From: Endomicrobiales bacterium
GTDB lineage: Bacteria; Elusimicrobiota; Endomicrobiia; Endomicrobiales; CAWCFT01
DNA: 64,000 bases
Assembly (NCBI GenBank): GCA_963794945.1
Contig: CAWCFT010000015.1
Span: 1 to 64,000 of the forward strand
Reading direction: 5' to 3'
In this document: one piece after another, positions 28,751 to 40,171 of the stretch
Layout: every line of letters starts with the position of its first letter
Position numbering within the stretch: position 1 is the stretch's first letter
The notes under the pieces: model-generated
The model's input: the letters and a program-made list of their open reading frames with translations, nothing else
The model's database searches: none
Told to the model about the DNA's origin: nothing
Made by a program: the position numbers and the translations under genes

Positions 28751-29566
28751 TTATTTTATGGTTTCAATAACCACAGAACGGGCATATTTGCGCAAAATAT
28801 TTAAATTTTGCAGGAGCACGTTATCGAATTTTGAAAGTAAAGATATAATCGTATTATTGCTGATCAACCGGTCAAGCCTTATAAATAATCCGAATTCTTT
28901 GATTATAACTGTCCTGAAAAAATCGCCTATTTTTTTAAGATCATCGTAAGTTAATTGCCTCTCGTACGGAGAAACGATATTCTTCCTTACCGGCACAAGA
29001 TTTCTTATCTTCTTCAGCAGGGCACTCGACCCGAGAGGCTCACAAAATACTGCTTTGCCTCCGGGCTTAAGGACACGTTTGATCTCCCTCAAACCTTTTT
29101 CAAGTTCAAAATGATGCAGGCAGGCATTCCCGTACACATAATCGAATGAATTACTGTCGTAGCCCAGATTATATACAAACATCACATCGGTAGTGATTCG
29201 ATCGCTCAGGCCATTGATCTCTGATCGTTTGTTAGCGACCTCAACAGAAGCGCTGGATATGTCGAACGCATAAACATTGGCTCCCTTCTTTGCCAATATT
29301 ACAGATTCGTAACCGGTGCCGGAAGCGATGTTAAGAACTTTTTTATCCTTTATGTCATTGTCTTTTAATTGGTAAAGTGCGTATCTATAGCCCTTGACCG
29401 GAGGCGACGATAAACCCACATGATTTATCAGGACATCTTCACCAAGAAACAGATTTTCAGGTTTATATTCATCACCATATTCTTCATGCACAATCTTGTC
29501 AAAAGATTCTGCTTCCGAAGTCTCTCGAACATTTATGACAGGTTCTGCTATTCCTCTGGCGTTCAT
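28751..29566 (-). CDS. Class I SAM-dependent methyltransferase
   Basis: 'VLNIASGTG', 'FDIS', 'LHH', 'RVLKPGG'. Confidence 0.9.
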   Translation of the reverse strand: MNARGIAEPVINVRETSEAESFDKIVHEEYGDEYKPENLFLGEDVLINHVGLSSPPVKGYRYALYQLKDNDIKDKKVLNIASGTGYESVILAKKGANVYAFDISSASVEVANKRSEINGLSDRITTDVMFVYNLGYDSNSFDYVYGNACLHHFELEKGLREIKRVLKPGGKAVFCEPLGSSALLKKIRNLVPVRKNIVSPYERQLTYDDLKKIGDFFRTVIIKEFGLFIRLDRLISNNTIISLLSKFDNVLLQNLNILRKYARSVVIETIK

Positions 29567-29579
29567 AGGATTCTCCTTG

Positions 29580-30752
29580 TTATTGCGTCCAGCTTCGCGA
29601 AGTTATTAACTTCGCATATTCTGAACCAATTATTTTTTTAGCATATAGGGTTTGATATAGTTTTTCGTAATCCGAGACCATCCGTTGGATACTAAAGCAT
29701 TCAATTATCCTGTTTCTTGCTTTGATACCCATAGCTACCCTCCGGTTCTCTTGCGACATTAACACTATCTCTTCCGATAACCTTGCACCGTCCCCCACGG
29801 GCGTTAGGACGCCTGTTTCATTGTTGAGAACAATTTCAGTATTGCCGCCAACATTGGTTGCGACTACCGGCACCCCTGTGGACATAGCCTCAAGAATAGT
29901 ATTTGAAAGGCCTTCGCTAACCGAAGGCAGAACGAAAATATCCATGACATTCAATAATCCCGGTATGTTTTTTTGTGCGCCTGCAAAAATAACGCGCTCC
30001 CTTACCCCTAAAGAAACAGCAAGGGCTTCTAATTCACGCCTCATGACACCGTCCCCCACCAACAATAGCCTGGCTTTAGCCACTTTCCCAATAACGGCGG
30101 GCACCGCCCTTATCAATGTAGAATAGTCTTTTACCGGTACCAGCCTGCCGACAGAACCTATCACGAACTCATGACTGCCAATGCCCAGCTCTTTACGGCA
30201 TGATCGCTTCAGTCCGCTATCGGGCCTGAATTTCTCGGTGTCAACACCGTTTATAACGGGAAATACTTTTCTACCGTTGATCTTAAAATTGCTAATAACG
30301 TTTTTTTTAAGGTCACCGCAAACCGGCACGATACCGTCAACTATTCGCGCAAGCAGTTTCTGCGCCAGTGCCCTTAGTGGGCGCTCAAAATACATTGTTC
30401 CGTGCTCACCGTTCAAAATGACCGGCACAAAAGATAGTTTTGCGCCTATTACACCCGAGAAATAACCGCCTGCCCATCCGTGCGTGTGAATGACATCTAT
30501 TGCTTCTCTGCGGCATAAAGATGCTATCTTAAACACAGTTGAGAGTTGAAACCCTGTTTTTTCATTTATATTTATAATTTTAACCCCGCTGCTGACCCGT
30601 TCCTTCAGGCAGCCAAAACCTCTCAAACAGCATATGGACACATCGAACTCATTCCTGTCGATACGGTTCACGAGGTTCACCACGCCGTTCTCCAAACCGC
30701 CTATTTCCAGGTTCTGCATCACATGCATGACTTTTATTTTTCTTATACTCAT
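29580..30752 (-). CDS. GT4 glycosyltransferase (resembles PEP-CTERM-locus sugar transferases)
   Basis: 'GGLENGVVNLVN', 'GEHG', 'VGRLVPVKD', 'EGLSNTILEAMSTG'. Confidence 0.92.
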   Translation of the reverse strand: MSIRKIKVMHVMQNLEIGGLENGVVNLVNRIDRNEFDVSICCLRGFGCLKERVSSGVKIININEKTGFQLSTVFKIASLCRREAIDVIHTHGWAGGYFSGVIGAKLSFVPVILNGEHGTMYFERPLRALAQKLLARIVDGIVPVCGDLKKNVISNFKINGRKVFPVINGVDTEKFRPDSGLKRSCRKELGIGSHEFVIGSVGRLVPVKDYSTLIRAVPAVIGKVAKARLLLVGDGVMRRELEALAVSLGVRERVIFAGAQKNIPGLLNVMDIFVLPSVSEGLSNTILEAMSTGVPVVATNVGGNTEIVLNNETGVLTPVGDGARLSEEIVLMSQENRRVAMGIKARNRIIECFSIQRMVSDYEKLYQTLYAKKIIGSEYAKLITSRSWTQ

Positions 30753-31696
30753 ATTTCAAACCCGTGATTTTTTATTTTTCGTAACCAGTTAATTGCGAAT
30801 TCCGGGGCCAATGATTTGATAAGCAGCTGATACTTATCATCATCCGGATAGATCTTCATTGGGTAATTAAGCAGCGCATTTAGCGCGTTGTTGAAAGTAA
30901 GTTGCCTGTTGTTTGCGGTACAATAATCTCTTGCGGCGTTCAAATACATGTAGCTTAAAGCCTTTAACCGCGTAGACTGCTTTTCATTTTGTAAATTCTT
31001 GCCTATAAACATCCCGATGTTGTGTTTCATAAGTTCTATATTTTTCGTAGCACTGCCATTATGACACCTGATCTTTACAAGAGGTTCATCTATCAGTTCC
31101 ATTTCATAGTGTTTTGATATCCTTAACCACATGTCCCTGTCTTCAGAGCCCATCAGTTTTTCATCGAAATATCCCACAGATGAAAAGCATTCCCTCCGTA
31201 TGACCACGCCGCTCGAACTTCCGGTAACGACATTGTGCACGAGAAGTTGTTCGATAAGCTCCTTTTGGCTTCTAAATTTAGCTCCTCCACTTTCCCTTGA
31301 GACGTTTCCCTTTTCATCGATCCAATAAACTCCGCACCCAACCATACCCAGCCAAGGTTTTGTTCTGAACAAGTCCATCTGGCGATCAAGTTTATTTTCG
31401 ATCCATACGTCATCAGCGTCAATAAAGGCCACATGCGAACCCTTGCCAGAAATAATGCCCCTGTTTCTGGCTGACGAAGGCCCCATGTTCGTTTGGAATA
31501 CATACTGAACGCAGTCTCCGTACCGTTTCGATATCTCGGCCGTATTGTCATTAGAGCCGTCATCTACAACGGTAATATCGTATCTCTTATAACTCTGTTT
31601 CAGAACCGATTCTATGGCTTCAGCGAGATATTTCGCCGCGTTGTAAGCCGGTATTATGACATTTACATGTTCGTTCATTTTATTGCTCATTTTCAT
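30749..31696 (-). CDS. GT2 glycosyltransferase
   Basis: 'IIPAYN', 'VVDDGS', 'ARNRG', 'FIDADD', 'EDRDMW'. Confidence 0.93.
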   Translation of the reverse strand: MKMSNKMNEHVNVIIPAYNAAKYLAEAIESVLKQSYKRYDITVVDDGSNDNTAEISKRYGDCVQYVFQTNMGPSSARNRGIISGKGSHVAFIDADDVWIENKLDRQMDLFRTKPWLGMVGCGVYWIDEKGNVSRESGGAKFRSQKELIEQLLVHNVVTGSSSGVVIRRECFSSVGYFDEKLMGSEDRDMWLRISKHYEMELIDEPLVKIRCHNGSATKNIELMKHNIGMFIGKNLQNEKQSTRLKALSYMYLNAARDYCTANNRQLTFNNALNALLNYPMKIYPDDDKYQLLIKSLAPEFAINWLRKIKNHGFEI

Positions 31697-33143
31697 TCAA
31701 GTTCGGTTAATTCACCTTTACCGAACATTGTGTAAATATTTTTTAGTATGTCTTGAGCATCGATTACCCGGAACAGCAGTATCGATACGCCATAAACCGC
31801 GACCCCCACCGGGATGGAGATAAATATACTTTTTTCAATGAACGGGTGCATACAAAACACCATCAGAAGGTTGATAAACATGATTTTCACGTATGCCCCT
31901 TTCATCGATATTTTTTCCCATAGATACATTCTGATATATTTATATGAGACAACAAATACTACAGCGCTTGAAGCGAGGCTTGCGATAGCCAATCCTCCTT
32001 CTTTAAATCTCGGGATAAGAATTAAACAAAGCAAAATGTATACCGCGGTGCCCAGCAGAGATATTTTTAATCCTTTTTTTTCCTGGTGGATGGCTCCAAG
32101 AGACCAATTCATTATGCTGTTAAGGAACGTAAAGAACAGCAACCATATAAGCAGCTGCAGAACATAAACTGACCCCATGAACTGGCTGCCGTATATCAAC
32201 AGTATAATCGGCCTGGAGAGCATTGTTGTTCCTACCGCGATCGGCAGGCCGAGCAAAAACAAAAACGAAAAGAACTTTTCAAATAAGCCTGCTGCGTCCT
32301 GTTTAGAGACTACGTACAAAGCGGCGATAGTAGGAAATATTGCCGTACATACGCCGTCAGGTATTACCATCATTCTGTCTACCAGGTTGCAGCCGCGCCG
32401 AACAGTCCAACGGCATTGTCGCCCGATATCTTTGAAAGCATTATAATACCTGCCTTTGCGCCAAGCATCGAAATAAGCCCGGGTATAAAGAACGGGAAAC
32501 CGCGAACAAGATTATTTTTCCAGAAAGATATATCGATATCAAATTTTGGTAATTTAATAAGCCGCGACATGTAGTAAAGTGACGCGATCATGCCGATATA
32601 GCTTCCCAATGAATATACGGCTGTCAAGCCTTTCAAACGGAACCCGATAAGCAAAATCACTACTGATAGAACAGTTAGAAGAAATCCAGATATAAATTGC
32701 CCATACGCCATATATTTCATTTCCTCCAGGCCTTGGAACGCGCTATTAAAAGTTACTATTATCCCATATGACAGTATTGTTAGGCCCGCGATATAAACTA
32801 CTAGTTTTGTGTCGAGCGGATAGTTCATTATGTTTATAGCCGCGACTATTAGTATAAATGCCGTGATCGATAGCGCTATGCGCAGGCTGATCAGTTTCCC
32901 CAGATACAACTCGACATTATGCCTGTTTTCGGCAATCTCCCGCGTGGCCAGAGACCCTAATCCCATATTAATTAGCGGCATAAATACGGATATAAACGCG
33001 AAGGCAAATGTAAATTTGCCGTAGTCGGACTGGCCGAGCGTTCTCGCGATATATCCTATGACAAATAAAGATATAAAATTAAGAGCTAACGGTTGAATTA
33101 TCAACCAAACTGAGTTTTTTGTAACTTTTGACGTATGGTTCAT
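31693..33143 (-). CDS. wzx: Wzx flippase; frameshift near 32380
   Basis: 'ARTLG...YG', 'GLG....REIA' and many TM segments, over two consecutive ORFs. Confidence 0.85.
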
Positions 33144-34347
33144 GTGTTTTTTTCCCTCCGACTGGGATCGACCCTTTCTTTCTTATAATGTTTTCCCTTA
33201 CTGCAACAGAAAGCGCAACGAGAATATATAATATATAGAACTGGTAACGATTCGTGAAAAACGCACATATCCAGAAACCCAGCAGAGACACAGCTACGAA
33301 CTTATAGTAAATGACCTCTTCTGAACTATTTTCTTCTTTTACCATAATAGGCCAGAGATCGTAGATCGGTTTGAACGAAAATAGCAGGAATAAAATTCCT
33401 CCTACCAAGCCAGATTCAGCGAATACTTGTATTAGCGTGTTATGCGGTGCGAGGCCTCGTATGCCGCCATAATCGCTTACGTCATCCATGAACCCGCCAG
33501 GTCCTACCCCAAAGATAGGATGAGTGATGAACATCTTGGCACCCGCACGCCATTGTTCTATCCTGTTTTCTGAAGAATCATCACCGGTGAGGTTTGAAGC
33601 AAGGTCTCTCCTGTCAATAACTGCCTTAAGTCCAACCGTAAATATCGAAAACACCAGAAGGACCAATGAAATTGTTCGAATCGCGCGCGAGTATCTAACT
33701 GAAAATATAATGCTCAAAATGCCCACAACCAATAAGCCAAGAAGGCCATTACGTGACCCGGTAAATAAAATGTTGAAGGCAAATAACGCCGAAACACATA
33801 GATATATATAGCGAAATATAGCGCGTTTCGCCGTATTCGCCAGCAGTATTGATAATGGTATGGTCGTTACAAGGATCACAGAAAGATCATTGGCGTTTTC
33901 ATACCATCCGAACCCGCCGGCTCTCATACCAGGCATAAAATCGACCACGAACCTTGATATGGAATAATACGATAGATAACCTATTGCCACGACGATCATA
34001 ATGACCGTATATTTCGCACGTTCTTTGTTTACAACAAGTTTAGTGATAATAAAATACACTATTCCGATGCGAAGCCACAGGTTGAATTCTTCTATGCCTC
34101 CGCCAAACCAAATAAAAGCCGCACTTATTACCTGGGCCGCTACGAATGCTATAAAATACCTGTTAATATCTACTGATAGAACGTTCTGTGTGCTCTTTTT
34201 ACGGTCAAAAACATATGCCGCCAGAGCTATTATGGCCGAATACTTAAGCGGCTGATATGGTGTAAGTACCGGCCAAACAGAAGCTGGCTGGAAAAACATG
34301 ATAAAAATAGTGATACACATTAGTAGAAATGCCATTTTCGTTCTCAA
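33079..34347 (-). CDS. wzy: Wzy polymerase / O-antigen ligase family
   Basis: Multi-TM protein with 'NANDL', 'TGSRNG', 'HPIFGVGPG', 'HNTLIQVFAE.G'. Confidence 0.8.
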   Translation of the reverse strand: MRTKMAFLLMCITIFIMFFQPASVWPVLTPYQPLKYSAIIALAAYVFDRKKSTQNVLSVDINRYFIAFVAAQVISAAFIWFGGGIEEFNLWLRIGIVYFIITKLVVNKERAKYTVIMIVVAIGYLSYYSISRFVVDFMPGMRAGGFGWYENANDLSVILVTTIPLSILLANTAKRAIFRYIYLCVSALFAFNILFTGSRNGLLGLLVVGILSIIFSVRYSRAIRTISLVLLVFSIFTVGLKAVIDRRDLASNLTGDDSSENRIEQWRAGAKMFITHPIFGVGPGGFMDDVSDYGGIRGLAPHNTLIQVFAESGLVGGILFLLFSFKPIYDLWPIMVKEENSSEEVIYYKFVAVSLLGFWICAFFTNRYQFYILYILVALSVAVRENIIRKKGSIPVGGKKTHEPYVKSYKKLSLVDNSTVSS

Positions 34348-35424
34348 ATTGCTTTATTTGATTGTATTTTGAATATATTCGTATATTTTCCTCTAATCAA
34401 ATGCAGAATATCGAAAAAACCAGCCATTCTTAATGCGAACATATAAAATGGTTCGCCTACTAGCCCGTACCTGGGTATTTCGTAACGGCCCAGTATTTTG
34501 CCTGTATTTTCAAGCGTCGTAAATGCCATCTCATACCCACTTTCCCTGACAATATCAATTGTGGCGCTATTATAATCATTTTCTCTTCCGTTGGGGTACG
34601 CCATGAATTTTACTTTTTCATTTAATTGCTTTTCTAATGTTTCTTTCGAGAGTATTATCTCCTGCCTCGCATCATCTTCTGATATTTTTGTTAAAATTGG
34701 ATGTGACACTGTATGAGTGCCAAACGACACTAATCCGGAATCGCGCATCTCCCGTATCTCGCTCCATGTCAGCATGCGGTTCCACGCGCAGGCCTTAGAG
34801 CTTTCTACTTTAAGCGCAACGGACATTTTCTCGATCAGTGTCTTTTTCTTTTCCGTTGCCGATGTTTTTTAAACGTGCACTTATATTCTTATAGGTATTG
34901 ATCCTGTCCATTTCGGTTCCAAGGAAATAGGTTTCATCCGAAAGTTCTGGTACACTGAATTCAGTAACTTTTGAATTTCCAATTATATCGATAAGAAGGT
35001 CATGAAGCAGTATAGAATCTGTCCCTATATTCCCGGTCGTAAGAAATACGGTAAGAGGAATATTGTATTTTTTTAGCAGCGGCAGAATATTCTCATTTGA
35101 ACAGCCATACCCGTCGTCCATCGTAAATACCATCATATTACCCTTAGGCCTTTTTTGTTTTTCATAATACTGTATATACTCTTCCAGCGAAATGAACTTA
35201 TATTTCTTTAGCAGGTGCTTTAATCTTATTTCTAAATCGTCTATCGTGAGATATCCCAGCTTTGTGAGAAAATGTGCTAATTCATTTGATCTTTCTATTA
35301 TTCGGTGCGCATATAACACACGAATGGGCAATGGGTATATTCTTTGGCTGATTTTCTCAAGAATGTTAGTTATGCCGGATAAATACAAAAGATAGTAAAC
35401 AAAATATTTCAAACGAATAAACAT
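34344..35424 (-). CDS. Polysaccharide deacetylase (CE4); frameshift near 34830
   Basis: 'TMDDGY', 'FGTHTVSHPIL', 'AYPNG', over two ORFs. Confidence 0.85.
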
Positions 35425-35435
35425 AATAGCCTTTC

Positions 35436-36590
35436 CTATTTGTCTCTTACAAAAAGCCAGTTATAAATATTTTTTGCAAATGTTTTTGGCATTAAACATC
35501 CAACCGTATTTCTAATTATTTTCTCGGTAGTTACTTCCTTTCTGATAAAACCAGATCTCCAAATAGACATATCAAGACTTGCACGAGTTGTTTTAGTCCA
35601 ACGATACTTATATTCTTCCGTCCCTCGAAGGAAATCATATTCTGATATTTTTTTAGAAATGATATCTTCGATAACGAACGACTGCAATATGCTGCCAACA
35701 TGATATTTTGCCCAGTCCGGGTCAAAACCTGCCTGAAAATAGCTTATTTTATTTCCATATATGAAATTATATTGAGACGCAACCGACTCATTATTAACTT
35801 TTAAAAACGCAAGATACAACCATTTATTTTGAAGCAGTAAGGTAGCGACCTTGCGGTGAAATTGAATGTATTCTTTACGGTTATCACAAAAACTCCCTTC
35901 GCCGCCCTTTCCTTTCCATCTTTTTTGATGTAAATTGATAAACACATTCAGAGAATTTTCAAGCTCCTCTTCGCTAGTTACAAGATTAAATGAGACAGAA
36001 TAATCGTTTACCAGAGTCTTTCTATAGCGCCTTAACCTGTACCTTTCATTTCCGCTCAATTTCTTATAGTATTTCTCCGTAGTCTCTGGAAGCATAATAT
36101 ATGCTGATTCCCTTTTGCCGAACGTTTCATAATAATGCAATTTTTCTTGCGCATATTTAATGAACCATATCAGGTTGACTGAATTTGCATTAATAGACAT
36201 TAAATTCATGACATCCCATTGCAACATTTCGTCAGAGAATATTTTATCCATTATCGCATACACGACATCTCTTTCGTGTCCTTTTTCAATTATAAAATCA
36301 AGGTATTCCGAACATGGACCTACTGAGCACATAAATTCAACATGATTGAGAGCTCTTATGCCAAAATACCGTGCCCGCGTAACATAGAGCGGGGCTATAC
36401 CCAATAGCCTTCCGTTTTCTTCGACAGTAATAAGAAGTTGTGTTTTGGACTCACTGTATACTTCCCACCAGGTGTGCACCCATTCCCATGTTAAAAATAT
36501 ATTATTAGAAGCAGAACGAGCGAGCAATTCGTTCCATCTTTCTTTAAGGCCTTCAAAACCATATTGATCAGTTAAATATTGTATTTTCAT
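35436..36590 (-). CDS. GNAT (Acetyltransf_6; CelD/BcsL-like) protein 4
   Basis: 'FLTWEW..WW', 'GIAPL', 'FQAGFD', 'YDFLRG.E.YK.RW'. Start uncertain (36590-36635). Confidence 0.85.
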   Translation of the reverse strand: MKIQYLTDQYGFEGLKERWNELLARSASNNIFLTWEWVHTWWEVYSESKTQLLITVEENGRLLGIAPLYVTRARYFGIRALNHVEFMCSVGPCSEYLDFIIEKGHERDVVYAIMDKIFSDEMLQWDVMNLMSINANSVNLIWFIKYAQEKLHYYETFGKRESAYIMLPETTEKYYKKLSGNERYRLRRYRKTLVNDYSVSFNLVTSEEELENSLNVFINLHQKRWKGKGGEGSFCDNRKEYIQFHRKVATLLLQNKWLYLAFLKVNNESVASQYNFIYGNKISYFQAGFDPDWAKYHVGSILQSFVIEDIISKKISEYDFLRGTEEYKYRWTKTTRASLDMSIWRSGFIRKEVTTEKIIRNTVGCLMPKTFAKNIYNWLFVRDK

Positions 36591-36689
36591 TTGCAATTGT
36601 AACCTACCAATAGACGTTATTTTTTTGCGTGCCAATAAATCATAATAGGATTGCCATTTTCTAAAACCATACTATTTTCAGCCTTTATC

Positions 36690-37837
36690 CTACATTTGAG
36701 TGATAACATCGTTTATGCCCGTTTCATATTTACTTTTTAGCTGTAAAACTGATTTCATTTTCCTGAGCACCGGCATAATATATAATTCATAAATTCGCAG
36801 GAGCTTCCCGCGAAATGTATTGCCAAAGACCATATATCTTAAGTGCGTTTTGCACAAAGATGTCCATTTCAGCTTATATGGATTTGTTCCTCCCAACCAT
36901 TCAAATTCAGGTATTCCATCATCAAAACAACTTTTCACAACTACTCCGCTCAGAAAATCTCCCGGCGAATCTTTGGAGTATTCTTTGTCATAACCTATTT
37001 TAATCGCAAATATATTTCCTTTATATAACAATGAATACATAAAGGCGATCGGCTTATCATCTTTTTTCAGTATCCATAAATTTAACCAACCGCGCGCGCG
37101 GCGGTTTTTGCAAAAGAAGTAAAAAATGCGATATTTTCTGCTTTACTAGCTATCGCGACACCGTTTTCATATTGCCATGTCATTTTCGAGACGGACAATA
37201 CCTCGTCCATTGCTTTTTCTATTCCGGTATTCTCGTATTTAATGACTTGATAATTTGCCGAACGTTTGAAGCGGTTATTGACATTATTGAAATGATCGCG
37301 GAATTTCTTTGTTCTGGCTTTAAAATAGCTGTCCCAGCCCTGTTCGGTTTTAATAAAAGGTGATAAAAGGCACGGTATTTCGATGTGATTCTTTACTCTT
37401 TCGCTTAAAACATTCGACAATAGTCTATCGTCTTTTGAATCCTTTGTCAGGAAGCGAAATAGATAAACGTCCTCACAGTTATCCTTATTCCGCAAATAGT
37501 CAATCATTGCAGCCAGGACCTCTTTCTTATCACCAGTTAAAATAAATCCGGCTCTATTTGTATTATTCTCGCTGCTGATAAATGTTATTGCTTTAAACCG
37601 GCAGCCTCTGTGTTTGATTTTTGTTTTCATCAAAGGTGCGATGCCGACAATTTTACCGCCTTCTCTTGCTATTAACACAAACAGCTCATAATCCTTTCCA
37701 AAGCTTTGCCATAGTGAAGAAATCCACTCAAAAGTAAGGAATGGATGATCTATATTATCTTCCGAAAGAAGATTGCGCCATTCATCTTCAAGCTTCAATA
37801 ATTCATCTAGTTGAGACAACACTTCTATTTGCATCAT
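36690..37837 (-). CDS. GNAT (Acetyltransf_6) protein 3; frameshift near 37090
   Basis: 'HPFLTFEW', 'KIGYDKEY...SPG', 'YKLKW', over two ORFs. Confidence 0.85.
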
Positions 37838-37852
37838 TGTTTAACCCTTTAA

Positions 37853-39025
37853 TTACTTTTCGGGAGATTGCTGTATTTCACGGTAACCGTTATATTTTGG
37901 ACTCAATTTTAATGAATTTATATTGTCCCTTATCTTCTTTATCCAAGGTATAATTGACAATTCCAGGAAACGTAATATCTTGCCACAAAACGTTCTGCCA
38001 AATATCATATATTTAACGTGCTCTTTACATAGGGATGTCCATCTCATTTTATATGAATTTGGGCCGCCCATGAGTTCAAATTCAGTCATGCCACCAGCAA
38101 AACTGTTTTTTATAACATTGCCTATCAGATATTCACCTGGAGATTCCTTGGAGTATTCTTTATCGTAACCTATCTTAATCCCGTATTCTATACCTTTATA
38201 AACTAAATCATATACGAACGCAATCGGCTTACTATTCTTTCTTAGGATAAATAAGTTCAACCACCCGCGAGCGGCTGCTGCCTTTATGAAAGAAGTGTAG
38301 AAGCTAATATTACTTTTACTACTCGCTATCGCAGAACCATAATCATGTTGCCACGTATGTACTGAAATACTCAACAGCTCCTCTATCCCTTTTTCTATGC
38401 CTTCATTTGTGTATTTTATTATTTCGTAATATCCAGCGCGTTTGTATCGATTATTTAAATTTGTAAAATGATCACGAAATTTCTTGGATCTGGTTTTAAA
38501 ATAACTATCCCAACTTTGGTCTATTTTTATATAGGGAGACTGTAAACACGGGATTTTGATATAATTTAGTTTGGTCTCACAATGCATAACATCTGACAAC
38601 AGCATCTCATTTTCGGAGCCCTTTACGATATAAGGGAGCAAATAGACATCGGCAAATGTATTTGTATTATGTAGATATTCCGTCAAAGCAACAAGTGCCT
38701 CTTTCCTGTTGCCAGTCAAAATAAACCCTGCCCTGCTGGTGTGATAATAATCAGCTATAGAAGTAGCCGCTTTTAGCCGCAATCCTCTGTGATTGAGCGT
38801 TGTTTTCATCAAAGGAATTATGCCAAGAATTTTAGCCTTATCACGCAATATTAAAACAAATAGTTCATTGTTTTTACTGTAACTCTGCCAGAAACAAGAT
38901 ATCCACTCGAATGTCAGAAATGGATGGTCAATGTTGCTTTCTATATAAAGATTATTCCATTCGTCTTTGAGTCCCAGCAATCCGTTAAGTTGCGTAATGG
39001 CTTCTATTTCTATCATGTTACACAC
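37853..39025 (-). CDS. GNAT (Acetyltransf_6) protein 2
   Basis: Same motifs as the neighbouring paralogues. Confidence 0.87.
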   Translation of the reverse strand: MCNMIEIEAITQLNGLLGLKDEWNNLYIESNIDHPFLTFEWISCFWQSYSKNNELFVLILRDKAKILGIIPLMKTTLNHRGLRLKAATSIADYYHTSRAGFILTGNRKEALVALTEYLHNTNTFADVYLLPYIVKGSENEMLLSDVMHCETKLNYIKIPCLQSPYIKIDQSWDSYFKTRSKKFRDHFTNLNNRYKRAGYYEIIKYTNEGIEKGIEELLSISVHTWQHDYGSAIASSKSNISFYTSFIKAAAARGWLNLFILRKNSKPIAFVYDLVYKGIEYGIKIGYDKEYSKESPGEYLIGNVIKNSFAGGMTEFELMGGPNSYKMRWTSLCKEHVKYMIFGRTFCGKILRFLELSIIPWIKKIRDNINSLKLSPKYNGYREIQQSPEK

Positions 39026-39034
39026 TCCTATTAT

Positions 39035-40141
39035 TTAATTTTGAAGTACAAGAACAGATCTAAGATTCCTTAGTACAGGGACAATAAACAATTCCGCGAT
39101 ACGTAATAGGATTCCAGAAAACGTATCCCCAAATACGAGGTACCTTACGTGAGCTTTGCATAAAGATGTTAATCTCATTTTATACTGGTCATTTAAGCCT
39201 AGCAGTTCGTATTCAGATATCCCGCGCTCAAAACAATCTTTGAGAACTATACCGTTCAAAAAATCACCGGGAGAATCCTTTGCGTATTCTTTATCATAAC
39301 CCAATTTAATTAAAAACAATTTACCTTTATAAACTAAGTTGTAAATGAAAGCGATAGGTTTGCCGCTTATTTTCAATATCCACAAATTCAGCCATTCGTG
39401 AATAGCCGCTGACTTCGCAAAAGAACTATAAAACGCAATGTTGGCATCTTTACTGGCTATCGCCGAACCATTGTCATATTGCCATGTCTTTTTCGAGACA
39501 CACAATAACTCATTAATTGCTTTTTCTATTTCTGCATTCGTATATTTTAAGATTTCAAAATTACCCATTTTCTTGAACCGGTTATTTAAACGTTTGTATT
39601 TTTCTCTAAAGTTTGACGACCGGACTTGAAAATAATTGTCCCAGCACTGGTCAATTTTTACGTAAGGCGACAAAAGACACGGCATTGTGATATATCCCAT
39701 TTGCATTTCTTTTAAAACATTAGATAAGAGTATTTCGTCATCAGATCCTTTTTCCAAATAGCGAATTAAGTATAGATCCGCATATGAATGAGTTTTTCGT
39801 ATGTATTCCAACATAGCACTCAAGGTTTCCTTCTTATTTTTGTTTAAAATAAAGCCGGCCCTGTTTGTATGATAATTTGCAATAAATGTTATCGCCTTCA
39901 ACCGGAACCCCCTGTGAACGATCATTGTTTTCATTAAAGGAACGATGCCAACTACTTCACCCTCTTCCCTTGCCACTAGAACCAGAGGCTTATCTCCATC
40001 GCCGTAACTTTTCCACCAGCATGAGATCCACTCAAAAGTCAAAAATGGATGCTCTATGTTGGTCTTGGCAAGCAAGCTGTTCCATATCTGTTCTAGTTTA
40101 ATTAAACCATCTGGTGATTCTATAGCCTCAATATTTACCAT
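39035..40141 (-). CDS. GNAT (Acetyltransf_6) protein 1
   Basis: Same motifs as the neighbouring paralogues. Confidence 0.87.
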   Translation of the reverse strand: MVNIEAIESPDGLIKLEQIWNSLLAKTNIEHPFLTFEWISCWWKSYGDGDKPLVLVAREEGEVVGIVPLMKTMIVHRGFRLKAITFIANYHTNRAGFILNKNKKETLSAMLEYIRKTHSYADLYLIRYLEKGSDDEILLSNVLKEMQMGYITMPCLLSPYVKIDQCWDNYFQVRSSNFREKYKRLNNRFKKMGNFEILKYTNAEIEKAINELLCVSKKTWQYDNGSAIASKDANIAFYSSFAKSAAIHEWLNLWILKISGKPIAFIYNLVYKGKLFLIKLGYDKEYAKDSPGDFLNGIVLKDCFERGISEYELLGLNDQYKMRLTSLCKAHVRYLVFGDTFSGILLRIAELFIVPVLRNLRSVLVLQN

Positions 40142-40171
40142 ATTTTCCCCGATTGGCCTGCTATATTGATA

